Below are positions 36,842-45,712 of a DNA stretch of 64,000 nucleotides, piece after piece. How positions within the stretch are numbered: position 1 is the first letter of the stretch; each line of letters starts with the position of its first letter. The position numbers and the translations under genes were made by a program. Origin of the DNA: an uncultured SAR86 cluster bacterium (GTDB taxonomy: Bacteria; Pseudomonadota; Gammaproteobacteria; Magnimaribacterales; AG-339-G14); NCBI GenBank assembly GCA_902528485.1, contig CABZTA010000002.1:559-64558 (forward strand). The letters are read 5' to 3'. The notes under the pieces are model-generated. The model had not been told where the DNA came from and made no database searches. It saw only the letters and a list, made by a program, of their open reading frames with translations.

Positions 36842-37873
36842 ATGAAAGCAGCTGTATTAGTAGAAAGTAAGAAGCCCTTAAAAATTGAAAATCTAGAGCT
36901 ACCCGAATTAAGTTTTGGGCAGGTTCATGTAAAACTTAAATACAGCGGCATTTGTGGAGCACAAATCAATGAAATTGATGCTGTTAAAGGCCCAGATAAA
37001 TTTCTTCCGCATCTTTTGGGCCACGAAGGTTCTGGCATTGTAATTAAAGTTGGAGAGGGGGTTACTACTCTTGAAGAAGGGGATCATGTAGTTCTTCATT
37101 GGCGCCCTAGCAAAGGTATAGAAAGTCAAACTCCAAAATACAAGATGGGGAACTCCACTGTAAATGCAGGATGGGTTACAACCTTTAATGAGGAGGCAAT
37201 AATATCTGAAAATAGGCTTACAAGAATTCCCAAAGATTTTGATATGAAGGTTGCAACCCTTTTTGGATGCGCAGTCACAACTGCATTTGGTGTCATAAAC
37301 AATGATGCAATGGTCAAAGTCGGTCAATCCATAGTAATCTTTGGATTAGGCGGAGTTGGGCTAAATTTAGTGCAAGCAGCAAGCATGGTCTCTGCCAACC
37401 CAATTATAGGTATAGATATTTTGGATGAAAAAATTTCTATGGCAAAAAAATTTGGCCTTTCCTATGGAATTAATTCAACCAAAGTAGATTTGGAAAAAGA
37501 GTTAAATAAGATCTTAAAAGGCAATGATGCAGATGTAGTAATTGATACTACTGGAATCACAAATGTAATAGAAAAAGCTTATGAAATAACGCATAAAGAT
37601 GGAAAAACTATATTAGTTGGAGTTCCAAAAAAAGGAGAAAATGTATCAATTTATACTTTGCCGCTGCATTTTAAAAAGATCCTCAAAGGATCGGAGGGGG
37701 GCGACTGTAAGCCTGACGAAGATATCCCTCGATTTATAAATCTTATTAATGACAGCAAAATGACTTTAGATGGAATAATAACTCATGAATTCAAACTAGA
37801 CGAAATAAATTCAGCTATTGATTTATTTCGTCAAAATAAAGCTGGCAGAATACTTATTGATCTTGACGGCTAA
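36842..37873 (+). CDS. Zinc-dependent medium-chain alcohol/polyol(-phosphate) dehydrogenase
   Basis: GICGAQINE, GHEGSGIV and the Rossmann motif VIFGLGGVGL. 343 aa. Confidence 0.82.
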   Translation: MKAAVLVESKKPLKIENLELPELSFGQVHVKLKYSGICGAQINEIDAVKGPDKFLPHLLGHEGSGIVIKVGEGVTTLEEGDHVVLHWRPSKGIESQTPKYKMGNSTVNAGWVTTFNEEAIISENRLTRIPKDFDMKVATLFGCAVTTAFGVINNDAMVKVGQSIVIFGLGGVGLNLVQAASMVSANPIIGIDILDEKISMAKKFGLSYGINSTKVDLEKELNKILKGNDADVVIDTTGITNVIEKAYEITHKDGKTILVGVPKKGENVSIYTLPLHFKKILKGSEGGDCKPDEDIPRFINLINDSKMTLDGIITHEFKLDEINSAIDLFRQNKAGRILIDLDG

Positions 37874-39310
37874 ATGTCATCACTGATAGTTGATTTAGAT
37901 GGAACTCTCACTGACACAGATTGTTCTGTTGAGTCTCTGCTTTCTGCTGTAATTAAAAATCCACTTATTATTTTTTATTCAATATTTTGGTATTTCAAAG
38001 GAAAGCCTTATTTAAAGAAAAGACTTTTTGACGCTTCTAATTTTCATGTTAAGAATTTACCTTTCAATGAGTCTGTTATAGAAATAATAAAGGATGCAAA
38101 AGTTCAAAATAATAAAATCTATCTTTTTACTGGATCGACTCAAAAGATAGCAGACGAGGTATCAGATCATTTAAATCTTTTTGATGGGTCCTTTGGCTCA
38201 AATGAAAAAATCAATCTCACTTCATACAATAAACTCATAAAAATAAGAGATATAATTGGAAATGAACCATTCTCTTATGTTGGAAATTCTAAAGCTGACT
38301 TACCTATCTGGGAAGAAGCTGAAAAAATATACATAGTTTCTAACTTTGGAGAAAGCCTAAAAAATAAATTGAAAAATAAGGCACCAAAAGTCATTCTAAA
38401 ATCTGAGAATTCATATCTTAGTTTCATAAAGATTTTGAGACCTTATCAGTGGTTCAAAAACGTATTGGTTTTTGTACCTTTCTTTATATATGAATATTCA
38501 ACATTAAATGAATTTTGGATGTCAATTATTGGCTTCATCTCTTTTAGCCTTGCTGCTTCATCTGTCTATATTCTGAATGATCTTTTAGATGTTTCCTCTG
38601 ATAGAGAACACCCAACAAAAAAGAAAAGACCTTTCGCATCTGGGGAACTAAACCTACTTCACAGTTTTTGGATGATTCCAGTTTTATTGATTCCTAGTTT
38701 AATTCTTGCATCATCAGTATCTTTTAATTCTCTTATTATTATTTCTTCTTATCTACTAGTAACATTTCTTTATTCTGTTTATTTAAAAAAGGTTCTCATT
38801 TTAGATATATGCATTCTTGCAAGTCTTTATACACTTAGACTGATCGGTGGTGCTATTTTTATTCAATCCGAATTTTCACTTTCTCCATGGCTAATAAACT
38901 TCTCTATATTTTTCTTTTTCTTTTTAGCGTGCATAAAAAGAGAATCGGAATTGATAATAGGAATTGATTCAAAAAAAGAAAATTCACGAAGATCTTATTT
39001 CGAAGAAGATAAAAAAATTATCTCAACTCTCTCGGTATCTTCTGGATTATTATCAGTATTAATTTTGTTGCTTTATGCAGAAAATTCCATGAATTCTTCA
39101 GCTTTTTCTTCTCCAATATTATTATGGTTTTTAAGTCCTGTGTTTTTATATTGGATATCAAGATTTTGTATTATTTCTTCAAGAGGTTTCATAAAAGAAG
39201 ATCCTTTATTTTTTGCAATAAAAGATAGGGTAAGTATTTTATTTGCAATTTTAGTTTTCACAATTATTTCCGCAGCGAAGTTTTTAGAAATTAGTTATTT
39301 TCTGAATTAA
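37874..39310 (+). CDS. HAD phosphatase domain fused to a UbiA-family polyprenyl-phosphate phosphoribosyltransferase (Rv3806c-like)
   Basis: N-terminal LIVDLDGTLTDTD ... YVGNSKADLP. The C-terminal YILNDLLDVSSDREHPTKKKRPFASGEL parallels M. tuberculosis Rv3806c NDVRDVEADREHPTKRFRPIAAG. Multiple TM helices. Confidence 0.8.
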   Translation: MSSLIVDLDGTLTDTDCSVESLLSAVIKNPLIIFYSIFWYFKGKPYLKKRLFDASNFHVKNLPFNESVIEIIKDAKVQNNKIYLFTGSTQKIADEVSDHLNLFDGSFGSNEKINLTSYNKLIKIRDIIGNEPFSYVGNSKADLPIWEEAEKIYIVSNFGESLKNKLKNKAPKVILKSENSYLSFIKILRPYQWFKNVLVFVPFFIYEYSTLNEFWMSIIGFISFSLAASSVYILNDLLDVSSDREHPTKKKRPFASGELNLLHSFWMIPVLLIPSLILASSVSFNSLIIISSYLLVTFLYSVYLKKVLILDICILASLYTLRLIGGAIFIQSEFSLSPWLINFSIFFFFFLACIKRESELIIGIDSKKENSRRSYFEEDKKIISTLSVSSGLLSVLILLLYAENSMNSSAFSSPILLWFLSPVFLYWISRFCIISSRGFIKEDPLFFAIKDRVSILFAILVFTIISAAKFLEISYFLN

Positions 39311-39312
39311 AA

Positions 39313-41439
39313 ATGACGTACAAATATCTAATAGGATTTGTATTTATTCTTTTTTGTATCCTAATTTTTTTATCAACTAACTTTTGGTCAGGCCTTAATC
39401 CCTCAAATTTATCAGATTGGGAGGATTGGAATTATTGGAGCCAAGTATCTCAAGAGAACCAGTTTTATCATCCATTTTTAATAAATCCCTACCAAGGGCT
39501 TTTTGGATATTCATTACCAGTAAACTCATTTCTAAATCCAATTTTTCTAGTTGCTAATCTTTTGAGCAATATTGACAACTATCATATTACGACGAAATTG
39601 CTTGTTGTGATGGTTGAGTCACTTTGTTTAATAATTTTTTTAAAAAGTCTTAAAGTAAATAATTTCTCTATTATTTTTACTTCTTTGCTAAATATTTTTT
39701 TATTCACTTCTTTATTCAATTTATCAGATTGGTCTTTGAGAATTTTTGAAAACTTAATAGACGTTAGTATTTTAAAATCTTTTATTTTATTAATTTTCAC
39801 CTTATTAATTTCTAAGCCTTTATTTTTTAATAACAAAAAGGTTTTTTTAACTCTTGCTTTGTTTTTTTGGGCTTATGCACTAAATCCTTCTTATTTATTA
39901 ATTTACATAGCCTTACCAGCATTTTTTCTTTTAATATTTTATGTTTTTGATGCCAAGAAAAACTTTTTATTTTTTTATAAAAAACAACTGTTAATTCTGA
40001 TTATTTTTTTTGTGCCTCTATTTATTGTCTATTATATTTTTTCTGGAATTTCTGCTAGAAGTGTCTTTGGTAACGAGATAACAAATGAAGTTCAAACTTT
40101 TGATTACTTGAATGTTATATTTTTTAGACCTTCACCTTACTCGGGTTTATTTGCATTTATAACTCTTATCGCCTCATTTTATTTAGTCTTCACGAAGCAC
40201 AAAAGTTTTGGGATTGCCACTATTTCAACCTTTGTTTTATTACTCATCATTGGAGTGTTATACACTTTTACAGGGATAGTATGGAAATATCCAAGTCCAG
40301 TTTATCTTGAGCAGTCAATTTACTTAATTTTTTTAGCATCTATTGCCCTTTGCATCAAAAAAGAGAATATTCTGATAAGCATATTTTTAATTTCATCATG
40401 CAGTTTTTTAGCTTATAAAATTTCCAAACCTAGAATAGCTGACCTTTTTGATAATGAAGGGATTTATCAATCAGCAGACCTTTTGAGAGTTGATGCTCCA
40501 ATTTTTGACATAATTAATGAATTAAGATTTGAAAATGAGTTCAAGGGATCTTTTGCAACAATATTCCCAATGAAAAATAATTTTTATTTAGGCAAAAAAA
40601 TAGAAAATAATTATGAAAAATCGTGGGTTTATGTAAGAAATATGCAAAGGCATTTATACAATAATATTGACAAGAAAATATTTACAACCTCTTTATGGGA
40701 AAACAGGATTCCTTCTTTAGAGGATCATAATCACCTTATTTCTCCATTTAAATATTTCTTCTTTTCGAGGCTTTTATCTTATCCTCAAGATTATCAGAAA
40801 AAAAACTGGCTATTTGCATCAAAAGTAGATTTAACAATCTTAAAAATGCTAGGCGTAAAATATTTATTAACAAATCAGATCTTGGATGAAAAAGAATTAT
40901 TTTTAAAATCATCTGAATCAGATGACTATCGTTTATATCAGTTAAGTAATCCTAATTTAGGAGATTACTACGTTAAAAAAATTGATTTCTTTGAAGACTC
41001 GTCTGAATTTATGAATCGCTTCAATCAGAAAAGTATAGATTTTAGATCCACAGCTTATCTCCATCAGAATGATCAACTTAAACTTCATAAAGACTTATCC
41101 ATCGGGCAAACAGAAATCTTTGAAATTGATAAAAACTCAATAAGAATAAAAGCTAAAACTGAGAGTGCTTCCTTATTAATTTTACCCATAGAATATAGGA
41201 ATATATTTAAATCTAATGAAAGCAATAACTTTACAATATTTAGAGTTAATTTATTTCTCACAGGAATTTATTTTGAAAAGAGTATCGATTTAAAAATTAA
41301 GTATAATTCCTCATTTCTTAAAACATTAAATGGATTTAAAAAGGATATTTCTGATCTGGATGGTTATAAATTTGAAGAAGGTTTCATTACTTATCCTTAT
41401 GATGCTTATCAACCAAAAAGCTTATTTTTAAATGAATGA
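39313..41439 (+). CDS. Large polytopic membrane protein with a C-terminal soluble domain, candidate GT-C glycosyltransferase
   Basis: 708 aa. About 11-13 hydrophobic segments occupy the first 380 aa or so, followed by a hydrophilic domain of about 330 aa. The first loop carries the acidic motif SDWEDWNYW. It lies between the UbiA-like and DprE1-like genes. Confidence 0.45.
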   Translation: MTYKYLIGFVFILFCILIFLSTNFWSGLNPSNLSDWEDWNYWSQVSQENQFYHPFLINPYQGLFGYSLPVNSFLNPIFLVANLLSNIDNYHITTKLLVVMVESLCLIIFLKSLKVNNFSIIFTSLLNIFLFTSLFNLSDWSLRIFENLIDVSILKSFILLIFTLLISKPLFFNNKKVFLTLALFFWAYALNPSYLLIYIALPAFFLLIFYVFDAKKNFLFFYKKQLLILIIFFVPLFIVYYIFSGISARSVFGNEITNEVQTFDYLNVIFFRPSPYSGLFAFITLIASFYLVFTKHKSFGIATISTFVLLLIIGVLYTFTGIVWKYPSPVYLEQSIYLIFLASIALCIKKENILISIFLISSCSFLAYKISKPRIADLFDNEGIYQSADLLRVDAPIFDIINELRFENEFKGSFATIFPMKNNFYLGKKIENNYEKSWVYVRNMQRHLYNNIDKKIFTTSLWENRIPSLEDHNHLISPFKYFFFSRLLSYPQDYQKKNWLFASKVDLTILKMLGVKYLLTNQILDEKELFLKSSESDDYRLYQLSNPNLGDYYVKKIDFFEDSSEFMNRFNQKSIDFRSTAYLHQNDQLKLHKDLSIGQTEIFEIDKNSIRIKAKTESASLLILPIEYRNIFKSNESNNFTIFRVNLFLTGIYFEKSIDLKIKYNSSFLKTLNGFKKDISDLDGYKFEEGFITYPYDAYQPKSLFLNE

Positions 41440-42745
41440 TCATAATTATTTTTCATGGGGAAGGTTGAAAAGAGCATCTGCTCCACAAGTTATTAAGCCA
41501 AATAATTATGAAGATTTACTTAAAAACCTAAAAAAACATAGAAAGCTTGGCAAAGTTTTACCAATTGGATTAATGAGATCATATGGTGATAGCTGCCTTA
41601 TAAAAGAAGGTTTATTACTAGATATGACTGAATTTAAAAAGATAAATAGCTTTGATGAACAATCAGGACTAATTAATGTTCAGGCAGGGATTTCTTTGGA
41701 CGAGCTTTTAAAGTTTATAGTGCCTAAAGGATGGTTTATTCCGACATCACCCGGAACAAAATATGTAACCATTGGTGGCGCCATAGCTAATGATATTCAT
41801 GGAAAAAACCATCATAAATTTGGATCTTTTTGTAATTCAGTCAAAAAGATAAAAGTCTTATCAACTGAGGGCAAATTACAGCTTCTTGAAGATCCTGATG
41901 ATGAAATGTTCAAGGCAACATGTGGTGGTCTAGGATTGACAGGATTAATTTTAGAAGCAGAAATAGAATTAGCAGAAATCAAAAGTTCATACCTTAATGT
42001 AGAAACAATAAAATTTAACAATTTAAAAGAATTTTTTGAAATTGAAAAACAAAGTATAGAAAATTATGAATTTACAGTTTCTTGGATTGACCTCACAAAT
42101 GAGAGTAAATATTTTGGTCGAGGATTATTTCAAAGAGCAAATTGGGCAGATGATAAAGATCTTACGCCTCACTCTTCTTTCAAAATTCCAATTCCTTTTG
42201 GCGTAGGATTTAATTTAGTCAGCAAAAAGCTCATGAAATTATTCAATTTTCTGTATTTTTCTAAAAATTTAAAAAAGAAAACAAAAGAAAAAACTCATTA
42301 TGGCACTTTTTTTTACCCCCTTGATGTCTTGAGAGGATGGAATAAGCTTTATGGAAAAAATGGATTTTCTCAATATCAATTTGTATTGCCAGAAGAAAAT
42401 TCAAAGACTGGTTTAGATGAAATCCTTGAAGTTCTCAAAAATGATAAATTCATGCCTAGGCTATGTGTTTTAAAAACTTTTGGCAAGATACCTTCATTAG
42501 GACATTTAAGTTTTCCACTAAAAGGAACTACCTTGGCTATGGATTTTCCCGTTAATATTAAAAAAAATAAGAATCTCTATAGCAAACTTGATGAAATTGT
42601 TATTAAAAACGGTGGAAGAATTTATCCTGCAAAAGACAGCTTTATGAATAGTAAAACTTTTCAGAGTTCTTATAAAAATTTTCATAAATTCAAGAAATTT
42701 AAAGATACGCATATCTCGTCAGATTTCTGGGAAAGAGTTTCATGA
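41432..42745 (+). CDS. dprE1: FAD-dependent polyprenylphospho-ribose 2'-oxidase (DprE1-like)
   Basis: [35 protein letters not shown] (Mtb [26 protein letters not shown]), [19 protein letters not shown]. Confidence 0.85.
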   Translation: [437 protein letters not shown]

Positions 42746-43491
42746 GTAAAAACCTAGTTATTCTAGGAGCGACTTCTGAAATTGGTATGGAAGTTAATAA
42801 ATTGTTTGCTCAAGAAGGTTGCAATTTCATATTAGTAGGAAGGTCAGAAGAAAGCTTAAAAACACATAAAGAAGTTTTAAAACATCGTGGTGCAAATAAG
42901 GTAATTTCTTATTTCTTAGATTTTGCTGACGAGAACGATGAAGTAAAACTTTTTAATCTTTTTGAAGAGAAATTAGAGGGACCTATAGACATCATTTTTT
43001 TAAATTATGCAGTCCTTGGAAGACAAGAAGAAGAAGAAGTAAATTTATCTTTTGCAATGAAAAATATTTATATAAATTTTATTTCAGCTTTCAAATGGGC
43101 TTTTGCTGCAGGAAATTATTTCAAGGATAAAGATGGAAGATTTATATATTTAAATTCTGTAGCAGCTGAAAGGGGCAGGAGAGGTAATTTTTTTTATGGA
43201 GCATCGAAATCTGGAATGAAGACAATCATGGAAGGATTTGCCAACAAATTTGCCTATAGCAATACTTTTTTTATCAATATTAAGTTAGGCATAATTAAAA
43301 CTAGAATGAGTAGTGAAGTAAAAGGAGTTTCATCCTTTTTAGCATACGATCCAATAAAAACAGCCAGAAAAATTTTCTTGATAACCAAACTAAATAAACC
43401 AAGGAGCTCTTACTACCTTCCTTATTTTTGGAAATATATAATGCTCATCATAAAATTACTCCCTGAGAAAATATTATTTAAAATTAATTAA
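42742..43491 (+). CDS. dprE2: Polyprenylphospho-2'-keto-ribose reductase (DprE2-like SDR)
   Basis: VILGATSEIGMEV, NSVAAERGRRGNFFYGASKSGM (Mtb [22 protein letters not shown]), IIKTRMS, and the C-terminal hydrophobic tail WKYIMLIIKLLPEKILFKIN (Mtb [21 protein letters not shown]). Confidence 0.85.
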   Translation: MSKNLVILGATSEIGMEVNKLFAQEGCNFILVGRSEESLKTHKEVLKHRGANKVISYFLDFADENDEVKLFNLFEEKLEGPIDIIFLNYAVLGRQEEEEVNLSFAMKNIYINFISAFKWAFAAGNYFKDKDGRFIYLNSVAAERGRRGNFFYGASKSGMKTIMEGFANKFAYSNTFFINIKLGIIKTRMSSEVKGVSSFLAYDPIKTARKIFLITKLNKPRSSYYLPYFWKYIMLIIKLLPEKILFKIN

Positions 43492-44426
43492 TGAGGAAAA
43501 TTTTAATAACTGGAGGGGCAGGTTTACTGGGATTTAATCTTTGCAAAGTTCTTTCAGAAAAAGATGATGTTCAATTAACAGTATTAGATAAAAATTTAGA
43601 AAATTTAAAAAAACTTCAAATTTTTTTTCCTTCAGTAAACGTTATAAAAGCAGATTTGGCTGTATTGGATGGATGGGAGAAAGGAATTTCAAATTATGAC
43701 CACTTAATAATATGTCATGCACAAATTACCTCATTAGATGAATTAGACTTCGAAAAAAATAATATTTCATCAACAAAGAATCTTTTGAAAATATTTGAGA
43801 ATAATAACCTAAATAGCTGTATTCACATCAGCAGTTCAGTTGTTAATTCAAAGGCAGATGACTTTTATTCTAGAACTAAGAGAGAGCAAGAAAAATTGGT
43901 AATATCTTCAAAACTTCCATACACAATTCTTCGGCCTACTTTGATGTTTGGCCTTTTTGATAGAAAACATTTAGGTTGGTTATCAAAGTTCATGTCAAAA
44001 TCACCTGTTTTTCCGATACCTGGAAAAGGTGAATACTTGAGGCAGCCACTTTATGCAAAAGATTTTTGCAGAATTATAGAAGAATGCCTTCATGGCAGAC
44101 ATGTTGGAAAAGTTTATAACATAAGCGGTCAGACCAAAATTTTTTACATCGACATAATAAGATCTATAAAAAAAGTAACAAATTCAAAATCAATAATCAT
44201 GCATATTCCCTATAGTTTCTTCTTCATTCTTTTAAAGATATATTCTGTATTTGTCACTAATCCACCATTTAATGTGAATCAGTTAAGAGCTTTAGTTATC
44301 CCAGAAACTTTTGAAATAATCGATTGGGAAAACATTTTTTCCATTAAACAAACTGATTTTCTGGAAGCATTAGACGAAACTTTTAATGATCCTTCTCTTT
44401 CAAACTTGGAATTAGATAGATTATGA
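43491..44426 (+). CDS. NAD(P)-dependent epimerase/dehydratase-family protein
   Basis: ILITGGAGLLGFNL Rossmann motif, YSRTKRE active-site-like motif. 311 aa. Confidence 0.65.
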   Translation: MRKILITGGAGLLGFNLCKVLSEKDDVQLTVLDKNLENLKKLQIFFPSVNVIKADLAVLDGWEKGISNYDHLIICHAQITSLDELDFEKNNISSTKNLLKIFENNNLNSCIHISSSVVNSKADDFYSRTKREQEKLVISSKLPYTILRPTLMFGLFDRKHLGWLSKFMSKSPVFPIPGKGEYLRQPLYAKDFCRIIEECLHGRHVGKVYNISGQTKIFYIDIIRSIKKVTNSKSIIMHIPYSFFFILLKIYSVFVTNPPFNVNQLRALVIPETFEIIDWENIFSIKQTDFLEALDETFNDPSLSNLELDRL

Positions 44427-45712
44427 AGAGCATAGGGATTTTAGGTGCAGGACCAATGGGATTGGCCTGCGCTTATTATGCTCAAAAAAAGGGGTATAAG
44501 GTCACCTTAATAGAAGCTGCTCCATTTATTGGAGGAATGGCATCTCACTTCGAACTAAGTGGAACATCTATTGAAAAATTTTATCATTTTATATGTAAGA
44601 CGGATTTCGATACTTTTGAACTTCTAGATGAGTTGCAGCTATCTGATAAATTAATCTGGAAAAATACATCCATGGGTTATTTTATTGAAGGAAAACTTTA
44701 TAAATGGGGAGATCCATTTTCTCTATTATTTTTTGAAAAATTTAGTTTAATTTCAAAAATCCGATATGGTCTTAACGCTTTTTTTACTAGCAAAAGAAAG
44801 AATTTTGATTCTCTTGAAAACTTAAGTGCTGAAGAATGGCTAAAGTCTTGGATAGGAGAAAAGGCCTATGATCTTGCATGGAAAAAATTAATGGATTATA
44901 AGTTTTATGAATATTCTTCATCTATTTCTGCAGCTTGGATAGCTACAAGGATGAAAAGAGTGGGAAATTCAAGAAAATCTATTTTTCAAGAGCAATTAGG
45001 ATATTTAGAAGGCGGATCGGAGACTTTAGTCAATGCTCTTGCAGATAAAATAAAAGATGACGGAGGAAAGATTATCATCAATTCTCCTGTAACAAATTTA
45101 ATGATTTCTGAAAAAAAAATCCTTGGCTTAGAAGCAAATAATGAGAAATTATATTTTGACTCTGTAATTTCAACTATACCCACACCCTATTTAGATGAAA
45201 TTTTAGGTGAAACTTCATTAGACTTTAGAAACAAATATAAACAAATAGAAAATATTGGAGTCGTCTGTGTCATATATAAGCTTAAAAAGGGCGTTTCAAA
45301 ACATTTCTGGGTAAATATAAATGACGAAAGGTTTGAGCTTCCGGGTTTGATAGAATTTTCAAATCTAAGAAAAATTGAAAATGATTTAAAAATAATTTAT
45401 CTGCCTTATTACATGCCAATTACACATGAAAAATTTGAAAAAAATGATGAATATTTTTTTGAGGAAACTTTTAACTACCTACAAATGCTTAATCCTAATT
45501 TAGAAAAAGAGGATGTTATTGATTTTTCGGTAAATAAATTAAAATATGCTCAACCTATTTGCAATGTAGGCTTCAAAGAAAATATTCCTCCAATACAAAC
45601 CGATATTGAAGATTTATATATTGCTGACACTTGTTTCTATTACCCGGAAGATAGAGGAGTATCTGAAAGCATTAAACTAGCGAAAACAATAATTGAAAAA
45701 ATCGTTATCTAG
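44423..45712 (+). CDS. FAD-dependent oxidoreductase (amine-oxidase / UDP-galactopyranose-mutase-like fold)
   Basis: IGILGAGPMGLACAYYAQKKGYKVTLIEAAPFIGGMA dinucleotide motif. 429 aa. The specific function is not assignable. Confidence 0.6.
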   Translation: MKSIGILGAGPMGLACAYYAQKKGYKVTLIEAAPFIGGMASHFELSGTSIEKFYHFICKTDFDTFELLDELQLSDKLIWKNTSMGYFIEGKLYKWGDPFSLLFFEKFSLISKIRYGLNAFFTSKRKNFDSLENLSAEEWLKSWIGEKAYDLAWKKLMDYKFYEYSSSISAAWIATRMKRVGNSRKSIFQEQLGYLEGGSETLVNALADKIKDDGGKIIINSPVTNLMISEKKILGLEANNEKLYFDSVISTIPTPYLDEILGETSLDFRNKYKQIENIGVVCVIYKLKKGVSKHFWVNINDERFELPGLIEFSNLRKIENDLKIIYLPYYMPITHEKFEKNDEYFFEETFNYLQMLNPNLEKEDVIDFSVNKLKYAQPICNVGFKENIPPIQTDIEDLYIADTCFYYPEDRGVSESIKLAKTIIEKIVI

